This document shows positions 38,331-46,968 of a stretch of DNA of 64,000 nt, piece by piece. Position 1 is the first letter of the stretch. Each line of letters opens with the position of its first letter. Location of the stretch: IMG/VR virus record IMGVR_UViG_3300030012_002072, positions 11,570 through 75,569 of that record; one strand, written 5' to 3'. Position numbers and translations under genes: made by a program. This DNA is from a virus. The notes under the pieces were generated by a model, which was not told the origin of the DNA, made no database searches, and saw nothing but the letters and a program-made list of their open reading frames with translations.

Positions 38331-39029
38331 CTATGGTTTCCAGTCGTACCACTCCCTTCTTCTGTAAGGCTTCCCTGGGGTTGCCTCTTGAAAATGAAAC
38401 GAGATTGATATTCGTGGGCTTAGAGTATCAACTCTATGAAATTTTCCTTTCGGAATATATAGCAAATCCCCGTCATCAAGCTCCACAACCTCTTCTAATG
38501 TTGCGTCTCCTAGCCTTTGATGACCGAGGTCTTTGCTAAACTCTTCATAAATGTACCAGCGTATTTTACCTGATACATGAAATAAAAAATTATCTGTTGA
38601 ATCTGCGTGTATTGGAAAGCAGTGTGCATCTTTACGCTTACTGCAATATATGTTTGCCTGTCCTATACCATAAACCTTTTCAAACTCTTGGCATTGTTTC
38701 CACATATTTCCATTCAAAAACTCACTTAGTGTGAGTATGAAACTACTTCCTTGATTCCAAAAATCTAATATCTGTTCTCTACTATATTGTTCTTTATGTT
38801 TCTTTTTACACCACTTATTACCATTTGGTAATACTACTTGTAGTTGGGGAGTTCTATCCCATTGTCCGACTTTTATCTGATTAAGATAGTTATCAAACTC
38901 ATGCCAACTAAAATGGTGTTTAAATATATTAGTTTTTGACTTTATTACAAAGTGCTTCTTGCCTTTAAACTCATCAAAGAATCTTTCACGAGTTATTGGA
39001 TTAATTAAGTTATCAAAGGGAATTGGCAA
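38331..39029 (-). CDS. JmjC/cupin_4 2OG oxygenase (YcfD/RoxA-like)
   Basis: HAD..D.F..HVSGKIRW, GDLLYIPKG.FH. Confidence 0.82.
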   Translation of the reverse strand: MPIPFDNLINPITRERFFDEFKGKKHFVIKSKTNIFKHHFSWHEFDNYLNQIKVGQWDRTPQLQVVLPNGNKWCKKKHKEQYSREQILDFWNQGSSFILTLSEFLNGNMWKQCQEFEKVYGIGQANIYCSKRKDAHCFPIHADSTDNFLFHVSGKIRWYIYEEFSKDLGHQRLGDATLEEVVELDDGDLLYIPKGKFHRVDTLSPRISISFHFQEATPGKPYRRREWYDWKP

Positions 39030-39801
39030 TTTTTGCTAACCTCCACCACTCTCTCATTAAGTCAGGTCTAGGGTGAGTAGCCTTTGCATGAGGTGTGTAC
39101 TTTGGATGCCATGGCTGATAACTTAACGAAGTTAAATGTAGTTGCCAAATCATATCCAATTCTAAATGTTCTTTATCTTCCCACTTTGGACTTTCTTTAC
39201 TCCATAAATCATATCCTCTAGGGATTGCTGCTGGATTAGTTCCATCAAAAGAGTTCCATCTAGCGTCTAACATATGTACTAACTCTTTTGTCTTTTCTTT
39301 ATGTGGACTGCCTAACTTTCTCATAACTTCCCACTTGTAAGAATAATTCCTATTCCAGTTTATTATATCATCTATGGGGTCTACAAATTCTTGTGCTTTC
39401 TCACAATCAATCAAAAGAACACTATCACACCAGAAACCTCTAGGGTATCCTTCTTTTGCACCAGCTTTACCATTATCCTGTAAAGCATCCCATACCATAC
39501 CAAATGCTTTCCCTTCTAAATCAGTTTTATACAATGCAGCGATATCTCTAAAGTTTACCATATCTACATCAGTATATAAAGCTCTTCCTTTATATCCCAT
39601 TAGATGAGGTACTGCATATCTATAACAAGTAAAAGGTGTTCCCCAAGTTCTTCTATTCCAACCTGGAAAATCTTTTGGTCGTAAATATACTATATCAATA
39701 GGCATACTAGCATTTTTAAACAAGGTATATAAATATATCTTCTGTGCTAAATCGTCATGGTTATCACTTGTTCCGATAAATAATTTAACCGTATCTTGCA
39801 T
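39013..39801 (-). CDS. GT8-like glycosyltransferase
   Basis: WGTPFTCYRYAVP, ALYTDVDM, WN, HLT....QPW. Confidence 0.78.
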   Translation of the reverse strand: MQDTVKLFIGTSDNHDDLAQKIYLYTLFKNASMPIDIVYLRPKDFPGWNRRTWGTPFTCYRYAVPHLMGYKGRALYTDVDMVNFRDIAALYKTDLEGKAFGMVWDALQDNGKAGAKEGYPRGFWCDSVLLIDCEKAQEFVDPIDDIINWNRNYSYKWEVMRKLGSPHKEKTKELVHMLDARWNSFDGTNPAAIPRGYDLWSKESPKWEDKEHLELDMIWQLHLTSLSYQPWHPKYTPHAKATHPRPDLMREWWRLAKIANSL

Positions 39802-40291
39802 GAATAACCTCTTGTCCTTCTTCCATATGCAATGCATGAGCAAACCTATTTCCTATTACAAAGAAGTCTCCCTCTTTTATAATATTTAGAGTTATCTTTC
39901 TATTACTCCAATTAAATAAGTCATAATCATGTATTGCCATTACATAATTAAGTCTATCTCTATTTTCACATACTAATAATTTTATATCACCTTTTAATGC
40001 CCATATAATTGATGTATTCTTTTGTGGTATATGTACACCTCTATTTGTTTGTTTAGCAAATATAATTTCTACTGGGTCAATTCCCCACTCTTTTTGTCCT
40101 ATTGTATCAAAGAACTTATGAAACTCTTCTTTGTGGTCTTGATACTCAGGAGTTGATGTGTAGTAATTATCTCTTGAATCTCTTTTAAAGAAAGGAAAAG
40201 AATCCATCCAAGGAAATGATTGTTCATGTTGCCACACTCCATAATCATGTAAACTATTAAATATATGTTTTATTTCTTTAGTAAGCTGCAC
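39785..40291 (-). CDS. hypothetical protein (cupin-like)
   Basis: Operon packing; EGDFFVIG...AH. Confidence 0.55.
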   Translation of the reverse strand: MQLTKEIKHIFNSLHDYGVWQHEQSFPWMDSFPFFKRDSRDNYYTSTPEYQDHKEEFHKFFDTIGQKEWGIDPVEIIFAKQTNRGVHIPQKNTSIIWALKGDIKLLVCENRDRLNYVMAIHDYDLFNWSNRKITLNIIKEGDFFVIGNRFAHALHMEEGQEVIHARYG

Positions 40292-40934
40292 CTTTTCCTC
40301 TCATAAATCCTACTACTATATCTCTTTTACCCCACTCTAGTGGTTTGCTTTCATGTTCGTGTATGCTAGTAAAAATAGTTAGACTTCCCTTTTTTCTCAT
40401 TGTTGGGAAACTATGTCTAAAATCTTCTCTAACTTTCATTGTTTCTGGTAAGAAATTACTGTCCATAAATACATCAGGAACAGTATAACTTTCTACTATT
40501 TCTAAGTCTCCACCACCATATTCTTCCGAGTGGCTCAATTGTATACTTAAACTTATCTTCCTAACTGTAGGCGATGACATCGCTTCTAAACTAGGTCTAT
40601 GGTCACGATGTGGGCAGAAAAACATACCTTTCTTATCGTATCTAACCATATTTATCTCATGCCTTCGTCTTTCTTGATGTAGATGAAACTTATAAGTTCT
40701 ATCATTATAAAGATTAACTGCTTGCATTAGTCTATCATAGTAAGGAAACTTTATATTACTTCTTTTCTTACAACTTCTTATCTTAGTATTATACCCAGAC
40801 CATCTTGTTCCTGCAAGTTTCCATGGCATATCTCCGTTTAGTTCAAATAAACTATCACATTCTTCTTCAGTCATAAAGTCTGGAATATGACCTACTATAT
40901 CATGTGTTTTATACTTACTCACTAATAATTTCAT
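40278..40934 (-). CDS. 2OG-Fe(II) oxygenase (PKHD-like)
   Basis: HRD, RKIS.SIQLS, YGGGDL, HE..P...GKR. Confidence 0.82.
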   Translation of the reverse strand: MKLLVSKYKTHDIVGHIPDFMTEEECDSLFELNGDMPWKLAGTRWSGYNTKIRSCKKRSNIKFPYYDRLMQAVNLYNDRTYKFHLHQERRRHEINMVRYDKKGMFFCPHRDHRPSLEAMSSPTVRKISLSIQLSHSEEYGGGDLEIVESYTVPDVFMDSNFLPETMKVREDFRHSFPTMRKKGSLTIFTSIHEHESKPLEWGKRDIVVGFMRGKGAAY

Positions 40935-41358
40935 TGTTTATCACTCCATCTTGTAGCGTAAGCTGATATGAATGTGCCCAATGCACATCTTCTGCTATGA
41001 TACAAGTTATCGTATCATATCCTAACTTTCTTGCTAGTGTTAATCTTTGGTTGCCTGTATAGGCGAGAAGTGGATAAGACTTTAGCCAAGGAGTATGACT
41101 TTTTACTCCTCTTACTGCTTGCATCCAATTACCATATGTATTTGGTATTACAATAATCGGGTCTAATAATCCTTGTTCGTTGAAGGACTTTGTGAGAGAT
41201 TTATGAACTCTCTCATGCGTTACTGCTCTGCAAATGAGGTTTATCGCAGCATCCATTGGTATAAAGGTTTCATCCTTTAGTCCTTGTTCTGTCATTAAAT
41301 ATGTAGTTATTTTACTACTATTCTTCGCTATTAACCTTCTCGGCTGTGGCTCTTCCAA
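40915..41358 (-). CDS. ParB/Srx-like hypothetical protein
   Basis: SF.EQGLLDPIIV, GNQRL..ARKLGY. Confidence 0.6.
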   Translation of the reverse strand: MEEPQPRRLIAKNSSKITTYLMTEQGLKDETFIPMDAAINLICRAVTHERVHKSLTKSFNEQGLLDPIIVIPNTYGNWMQAVRGVKSHTPWLKSYPLLAYTGNQRLTLARKLGYDTITCIIAEDVHWAHSYQLTLQDGVINNEIISE

Positions 41359-41596
41359 TTTCCTCCCTTGCTAATTTTCTAATTGTTTCTAATAATTGTG
41401 GGTAGCTTTCAAAGTTTTCTATGTCCTTTGCTGGATGAGCAATCTGCTCCAGTTCATCTACCCTTTCTTCTAATTCTTCTAACCATTCTTCGTTTTCTTC
41501 GAATCTTGCTTGTGCTGGTTCATGTTTATCAAACCAACGAGAGTGTTTGTCCATCTCGTTTTTCCACAATAACATTTTGAATAAGTTTCTAAACAT
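41318..41596 (-). CDS. hypothetical protein
   Basis: Operon packing, coiled coil. Confidence 0.55.
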   Translation of the reverse strand: MFRNLFKMLLWKNEMDKHSRWFDKHEPAQARFEENEEWLEELEERVDELEQIAHPAKDIENFESYPQLLETIRKLAREEIGRATAEKVNSEE

Positions 41597-42185
41597 TTCT
41601 TATTATTTCTTTTGCTTTCTCCCATTCTGCCACATTTTTGTTTGGAATGGATATTTCAAGTATAAACCTAGGAGTATGCAGTCCTGTATTTCTATCACAT
41701 AACCACTGCTCTCCTGTCATTTCTCCAGCTAATATTGTCCAGTTATTCCCTTGATGTTGGTCTGGTATTTGTTTACTCTCACCATTATCTACCCATAAAG
41801 TATAACCTGTGCTTCTATTATATATAAATCTAATAAATTTTCTACTTTTTAGATGACTATTGTTCCATGCAGTCCATCCCCATTTCTTAGGTTGCACTGA
41901 AAACTCACTTACATACCAGTTTTCTGTATTAGTGCTTTTATTCATTGCCCCTACAAAAGACAATACTGCGTCTTTTATCTGAAAGTTAGGGTATCTTTCT
42001 GTATAGTCAATAGTATTTGTTCTGTCTACTGTTGGCGTTGCCATCGCCATCTTTTCTCTTAATCTTCTAAAAGAAACATCTGGCTGAGGTTTTGGGTTAT
42101 ATAATGCTATTTGTTGAAATAAATACATTGCACAATAGTGCAACTTCCCCTGCATTACTCCGTTATTTAGTGTTATCTTCTCCAT
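41589..42185 (-). CDS. hypothetical protein
   Basis: 198-aa ORF in operon. Confidence 0.6.
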   Translation of the reverse strand: MEKITLNNGVMQGKLHYCAMYLFQQIALYNPKPQPDVSFRRLREKMAMATPTVDRTNTIDYTERYPNFQIKDAVLSFVGAMNKSTNTENWYVSEFSVQPKKWGWTAWNNSHLKSRKFIRFIYNRSTGYTLWVDNGESKQIPDQHQGNNWTILAGEMTGEQWLCDRNTGLHTPRFILEISIPNKNVAEWEKAKEIIRNV

Positions 42186-42537
42186 CTGTTGTCGTTACCT
42201 CACGATAATATATTACTACCTCTTTGAGTTCACGAATATATCGTTTTAACTCTTGTGTGTTGTATGCCATTAACTCATAGTCTGGCACACTCATGGCAAA
42301 GAATACTACTTGTCCATGTTCTTTTTCTACTCTTGCTAAAAACTCTTCCAAGTTTTTATCACTAACCACATACCAATATGGTTCTTTTAAATCTATCTCT
42401 CTTGGAAGAACTGGTTGTGCTATCTGCCTATCTATAGGCTTGGCACTAACCTCTAATGTCTTCGTTGGTAACAGGCTGCACGATGAGGTCATCATCAGCA
42501 GCATCGATGTCACGGCTATCTTGTTCAATTCCATCAA
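42163..42537 (-). CDS. o-spanin-like lipoprotein
   Basis: Signal peptide with lipobox-like TSSC; overlaps the i-spanin 3' end; lysis cassette. Confidence 0.65.
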   Translation of the reverse strand: MMELNKIAVTSMLLMMTSSCSLLPTKTLEVSAKPIDRQIAQPVLPREIDLKEPYWYVVSDKNLEEFLARVEKEHGQVVFFAMSVPDYELMAYNTQELKRYIRELKEVVIYYREVTTTDGEDNTK

Positions 42538-42856
42538 ATACCTCTTTGGTTGCCTTGTTCACTCTTGGCTCTATTAGTCCAGGCTTTGCTGCTGCTAACT
42601 TAGTCAAGTTGTGTCTTTTAAATATATCTAAATAACGATTCATTTCTAACTCTATCTCGTTATTCTTACTTTGTAAATTGTTTAATGCTTTTGTTTGATT
42701 TGCAAAATCGGTTTGCAAGGTGCTGATTGTTTCTTCTTGCATTTGTACTGCACCTTCTAATTTAATATTGTTTGCTTTTAGTGTTTGGTTTTCATTCCAC
42801 AGATACCAAGAGCCTAGTCCTAATACTAGAATGATTGCCATAAAAAATTGATTCAT
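42446..42856 (-). CDS. i-spanin-like protein
   Basis: N-terminal TM then coiled coil, AKPGLIE; downstream of endolysin. Confidence 0.68.
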   Translation of the reverse strand: MNQFFMAIILVLGLGSWYLWNENQTLKANNIKLEGAVQMQEETISTLQTDFANQTKALNNLQSKNNEIELEMNRYLDIFKRHNLTKLAAAKPGLIEPRVNKATKEVFDGIEQDSRDIDAADDDLIVQPVTNEDIRG

Positions 42857-43077
42857 AATTGTTTAATCCTGTAGTTCAATCCTTCTGCTCCTCGGATTTC
42901 TACCACTTCCTTGTCCTCTGTGAGAAAACTAAGATATTTATCTTGTTTTTTGTAAAATTTACGAACTATATAACTTGTGTCGTCAGCGTCTCCCCATGTG
43001 TGATTATAACTAACAGTTAACTTATATCTTGGCGAGAAATAATACTTTATTTTCAACCAAAGTTCTTTCACTTCCAT
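42853..43077 (-). CDS. hypothetical protein
   Basis: Between endolysin and spanins. Confidence 0.55.
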   Translation of the reverse strand: MEVKELWLKIKYYFSPRYKLTVSYNHTWGDADDTSYIVRKFYKKQDKYLSFLTEDKEVVEIRGAEGLNYRIKQL

Positions 43078-43505
43078 TCCTTTCCCACGAACATATCTGC
43101 TTCGGCTTGTCGTCTTCGAACTAAGCCTTCAAGCACTTTACCCCCTGCTTTATTCCATCTCTTGATTTGATTTGGAACTTCTTCATAATCGCCTGAGTTT
43201 AGTACTTTTAACATGGTTGACGCTTTTAAGTTGCCTCCACCTAAATTGTAAGTCCAACTAACTAAAGCATCAAATTGATTCTGTCCAAGAGGAACATCTA
43301 CTAATGTATTTACATAGTTTTCATACTCCTCTAACTCTACTAATAGCATATGGTCTGCGTGGTCTTCACTCCACTCATCTCCTTCTTGCACACCCTTTGT
43401 ATGACCATATCCAATAGTCCATACACCAGCTGGGCATTTATACGCCTTTAGTTCACAACCTTCAAAATGCTTTATTAGGTCAATTCCATACTGTGATATT
43501 TTCAT
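43068..43505 (-). CDS. endolysin, GH24 lysozyme
   Basis: FEG...AY.CPAGVWTIGYGH, QFDALVS, GLVRRR. Confidence 0.93.
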   Translation of the reverse strand: MKISQYGIDLIKHFEGCELKAYKCPAGVWTIGYGHTKGVQEGDEWSEDHADHMLLVELEEYENYVNTLVDVPLGQNQFDALVSWTYNLGGGNLKASTMLKVLNSGDYEEVPNQIKRWNKAGGKVLEGLVRRRQAEADMFVGKEWK

Positions 43506-43567
43506 AATTCTCCTTGAGAGTGAGGGGTTTTCACTCTTGAGAAACACCCCTCGAAAAACTTGACAGT

Positions 43568-43699
43568 TTATGTTAATGCCTGTAGGTTTAGCACTATTAC
43601 ACTAGCACCAAAACTTAACAAAAAGAGTTGACTAACTGTGTTACAAAACTCTCCATTTTCACATATACTATCACGAACTTGCATCATTAATGCTTTCAT
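43568..43699 (-). CDS. 43-aa small membrane protein MKALMMQVRDSICENGEFC... (not in ORF track)
   Basis: Translated by hand; starts just after the Hsp20 stop; C-terminal hydrophobic helix. Confidence 0.5.
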   Translation of the reverse strand: MKALMMQVRDSICENGEFCNTVSQLFLLSFGASVIVLNLQALT

Positions 43700-43700
43700 T

Positions 43701-44081
43701 TTATTTTATCTCCAAGATTTTCCTCTTAGAATTTGGAGTTCGTGACAGAGTGATTGTCAGTAATCCGTCTTGTAGATTTACTTTATCTACTTGTAAGTCA
43801 GCATTAAGAATAAATCTTCGTTCAAAAGACTTTAGACTTAATCCTTGATGAACAAAGCGTTCATCTCCGACTAGTTTGTGTTCTTTTTTACCCTTTAACT
43901 GAAGTTCCTCACCATCAGCGATTATCTCCAGCTCTTCTTTTTGCCAGCCTGGTAAAGCAATTTCTATACGATAATTACCTTTACTTTCGATTATATTATA
44001 TCTTGGATAACTTGTCTCCGTATAAGTTGGGAGCGTTGGCATATCCAATCCAAGCCAAAATTTACTTAAATCAATACTCAT
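43701..44081 (-). CDS. small heat shock protein Hsp20 (IbpA-like)
   Basis: YPRYNII, IEIALPG, HQG....FERRF, DGLLTI. Confidence 0.92.
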   Translation of the reverse strand: MSIDLSKFWLGLDMPTLPTYTETSYPRYNIIESKGNYRIEIALPGWQKEELEIIADGEELQLKGKKEHKLVGDERFVHQGLSLKSFERRFILNADLQVDKVNLQDGLLTITLSRTPNSKRKILEIK

Positions 44082-44175
44082 AATATTTTCCTCCAAAATT
44101 CCTTTTCAGTAAATTTCCATGCCTCCTTTCGGTAGACATACTAAAACGCAAGTGAAACCTATCACTTACATACTA

Positions 44176-44215
44176 ATTATACTAAATTTCTAACCTTATG
44201 TCAAGAACTATTTTT
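44176..44215 (-). promoter_or_regulatory. sigma70-type promoter of the Hsp20-lysis operon
   Basis: TTGACA (44199-44204), 17 nt, TATAAT (44176-44181). Confidence 0.85.
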
Positions 44216-44354
44216 CGGAGTCATCGAAGGTAAGGATTCCTTCTTCTTCCAAATAGTCAATTGTGCCTCTTATTCCAGTTTGTTTTCCAAAATAATAAGC
44301 ACCAGTAACACTAAAGAATAGAAATATTAGATAGCTTATATCATTTTCATTCAT
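44208..44354 (-). CDS. 48-aa membrane protein, leaderless
   Basis: ATG 7 nt after the -10; one TM. Confidence 0.6.
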   Translation of the reverse strand: MNENDISYLIFLFFSVTGAYYFGKQTGIRGTIDYLEEEGILTFDDSEK

Positions 44355-44361
44355 AGATAAT

Positions 44362-44450
44362 ATTATAACCAATTTGCCACCAAAAGTCAAGACAAAAATT
44401 ATAGTTAACCAAAAATAGTTCTTGACTTTTATCCGAAATTCGAATATAAT
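44362..44450. promoter_or_regulatory. back-to-back divergent sigma70 promoters
   Basis: Minus: TTGACT 44385-44390 / TATAAT 44362-44367. Plus: TTGACT 44422-44427 / TATAAT 44445-44450. Both have 17-nt spacers. Confidence 0.85.
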
Positions 44451-44456
44451 ATATGT

Positions 44457-44633
44457 ATGAATAAAAGATGGACTGATACAGAGCGTGATTTTCTGAAGCG
44501 ACATTATAACGACTTGTCGACAGAGGAAATTGCACTCAAACTAGACAAAACAAAAGAACAAATACATTCACAAGTTTACTACTTGCGAAAGCGAGGATGG
44601 ACTTTCAATCGGAGGAAAGATGCCGTCAGTTAA
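44457..44633 (+). CDS. 58-aa Myb/HTH-like DNA-binding protein MNKRWTDTERDFLK..., leaderless (not in ORF track)
   Basis: WT..E..FL...Y.....EEIA..L.KT pattern; ATG 6 nt after the -10. Confidence 0.7.
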   Translation: MNKRWTDTERDFLKRHYNDLSTEEIALKLDKTKEQIHSQVYYLRKRGWTFNRRKDAVS

Positions 44634-44856
44634 TTGTAAAGGAATGTCCTTCGAAAAATCTATGCGTATATTCCGTAGAAAAGTCGAGAAAGCAGGAATC
44701 AAAGATAGAATCCGAGAGAAACAATACTATGAAAAACCTGCGTCTGCTAAAAATGATGCGAATAACTATAGGAAACGCAAACGCAAATTAGACAAACAAA
44801 AGGAACACGAACTCGATTTAAAAAGAAGATTGATAATGAGACATGGAGGTCGATAA
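44620..44856 (+). CDS. rpsU: ribosomal protein bS21
   Basis: FEKSMRIFRRKVEKAGI...REKQYYEKP; GGAGG RBS. Confidence 0.9.
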   Translation: MPSVNCKGMSFEKSMRIFRRKVEKAGIKDRIREKQYYEKPASAKNDANNYRKRKRKLDKQKEHELDLKRRLIMRHGGR

Positions 44857-45265
44857 AATTTTCTTGAACAACATAACTAAATTTTACAACTCTCATTTAT
44901 CCACTAAAATATTTTTTCGTATCTAAATCGAACTACAACCCACCAACACATATACCTATGAAAAACAGTTCTTGCATTCTGCTAAAAGTTATGGTAAAAT
45001 AATACTATAAATTATGATAGTTAACCAAAACAAATCACTGATTAGAGTCGCTTATCTAATCCATGCTGAGAGCCGAGAGGAGCGAAGCGGGAACGAGGCG
45101 AGCATCTAATATGATAAATATAGACTCTTAATTGTGTTAACAATATCATTCAATGAAACCAAACAACCCCGTTCTGGGGTTAATAAATTCCAATATAACA
45201 ATTAAATTACTAAAAACTTACCCTCAATAACCACAACTTGCGCAAACCGAAAATTTTTTAAGCAA

Positions 45266-45290
45266 TAAAAAAGGGAGCAAAATACTCCCC
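45266..45290 (-). terminator. intrinsic terminator of the early operon
   Basis: GGGAGT-ATTTT-GCTCCC followed by a T-run. Confidence 0.75.
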
Positions 45291-45311
45291 TCTCATACAA
45301 GTTTCCCTTAG

Positions 45312-45515
45312 TTAGAACCAACCATCTTTAGACCTAGGAACATTGTCGTCCTGTAGCACTCTTATTCTTTGTGTTGCTACAACTTCTCTATGTCCACTAG
45401 GAAATCTTAATCTAGCTTTTACACCCGTTGGGGTTTCGATTAAACCCATGACTTCGGCGTATCTACCATGTTTCTCCACTAGCTCGTCAATCTTGCTTAG
45501 CTTACATACTCTCAT
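45312..45515 (-). CDS. hypothetical protein
   Basis: Last gene before terminator. Confidence 0.6.
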   Translation of the reverse strand: MRVCKLSKIDELVEKHGRYAEVMGLIETPTGVKARLRFPSGHREVVATQRIRVLQDDNVPRSKDGWF

Positions 45516-45810
45516 ATAATCTCCTTAGCACAGTCTTTGGTGCTTTCTCTAAACCCGCTAGGGCTTCGTTAGGTATTCCTAATTTTTCAGCTAGATTTTC
45601 TACTATTTGTATTTTTGTTATCGGTTTTTCACCAGTTTTGGTAGTATATTCAGTCTTTTTATATACTCCTTCCCTACTTAACTTACCTATAATCGATTTT
45701 ACACTTTTGTTTAGTTCATCTGCTAACATTTCTACTGTTTCTCTATTAGGGTTGAGCCTATATTGATTAACAATGTATTCTACTTGGTCTTGTGTATAGT
45801 TTACAGCCAT
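45502..45810 (-). CDS. T5 A2-like DNA-binding protein (paralog 2)
   Basis: NYT...RETV..LA.EL.KS..SIIGKLSREGVY...TTKTGE; close paralog of 50186-50497. Confidence 0.75.
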   Translation of the reverse strand: MAVNYTQDQVEYIVNQYRLNPNRETVEMLADELNKSVKSIIGKLSREGVYKKTEYTTKTGEKPITKIQIVENLAEKLGIPNEALAGLEKAPKTVLRRLYESM

Positions 45811-45953
45811 AGCATATCCTCCCATCTTCTGACTAACATTTCTACTTGGTATACTGACATACCCCATTCTTCACTAGCAATTCGTATTGCTTCTTCACGA
45901 CCATGAATCTTCTCCCAGTCGTAGTATTCAAACTCTCTATCGTCTTTCTGCAT
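45801..45953 (-). CDS. 50-aa hypothetical protein MQKDDREFEYYDW... (not in ORF track)
   Basis: Translated by hand; fills the gap with overlaps. Confidence 0.5.
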   Translation of the reverse strand: MQKDDREFEYYDWEKIHGREEAIRIASEEWGMSVYQVEMLVRRWEDMLWL

Positions 45954-46221
45954 TGTGTCTTTCAAACTCCATAACTAATTCTTCACCAGTTAATTGCTTA
46001 CCGATATATACTATTGCTCCGTTGTCTAGTGTTCTTTCCACTAAACCATCATTAAACATTCTATCACAAACGGACTTACCATTTTCAGTATCTTTAGGTC
46101 TGGTATCATACCACATCGAACTTAAACTATGACAATGAATACCTTTTACACCTTTTGCCCATTCTTCTGCTTCTAGAAGTAATCGTTGTTTTTCTACTTT
46201 ATCACTAAACTGTCCCATCAT
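45937..46221 (-). CDS. hypothetical protein
   Basis: GGAG RBS, operon packing. Confidence 0.6.
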   Translation of the reverse strand: MMGQFSDKVEKQRLLLEAEEWAKGVKGIHCHSLSSMWYDTRPKDTENGKSVCDRMFNDGLVERTLDNGAIVYIGKQLTGEELVMEFERHNAERR

Positions 46222-46343
46222 GTATTGTCTCCATCTCTATACTCTACTGAATGTTTAGCAAATATTTTGTTCGCTTGTCTTTGGAATGACTTTTCTATAA
46301 TTCTATCAATCCATTTCCTTAGTATCTGCCTAAATTTCCCCAT
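46218..46343 (-). CDS. 41-aa hypothetical protein MGKFRQILRKW... (not in ORF track)
   Basis: AGGAG RBS; ATGA overlap downstream. Confidence 0.5.
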   Translation of the reverse strand: MGKFRQILRKWIDRIIEKSFQRQANKIFAKHSVEYRDGDNT

Positions 46344-46968
46344 TCAATTCTCCTGTATCAAAGAAGTTATACACAACTTCGTCTAGCCACTCCTGTGGAA
46401 CTATACCTGTGTCTTTGTATTCTTCCCACCAGTCAAAGTCATCACTAGATAGGTCACATTTCAACTTATCTTCTAGCATTGCATTTAAATCGCCACCATC
46501 AATATATTCTTCACTATGACAGCAATACCACTCATCATCTTTATAAGTTTCAAAGTTATCTCTACCTATGAAGTTTCTGAACTCATCTTCATATGTCATA
46601 ATTGCACTTAGTTCAACATTAAATCTATTACTTGCATACTCCAATAGATTTTCTACCATAGAAATAGGTGCTGACCATGCACTGTAGCCTTGTAGTCTAG
46701 GATAATCCCATTCATCTACACTTACCCACTTTGCACCACAATTATTTACATACCACATATAAGAATCTTCAATCCAACCCTCTTTGTCGTATGTTCTGTC
46801 CACTTTAGACATGAAAGGTTGCTCATGAATCTCTACGAGTTCTTCATACTCTATTTCTTCCTTGCCGTTCCAATGTGGTCGTTTTACTACTTCACTTTTG
46901 AACAAGCATGTATGCTGTTCTTCAGTTAAACCATCAATTTCGATGTTAAAATACACATGATTTGCCAT
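46330..46968 (-). CDS. DUF1281/YubB-like hypothetical protein
   Basis: MANH, W...N.GAKW, SAWSAP, YEDE. Confidence 0.6.
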   Translation of the reverse strand: MANHVYFNIEIDGLTEEQHTCLFKSEVVKRPHWNGKEEIEYEELVEIHEQPFMSKVDRTYDKEGWIEDSYMWYVNNCGAKWVSVDEWDYPRLQGYSAWSAPISMVENLLEYASNRFNVELSAIMTYEDEFRNFIGRDNFETYKDDEWYCCHSEEYIDGGDLNAMLEDKLKCDLSSDDFDWWEEYKDTGIVPQEWLDEVVYNFFDTGELNGEI

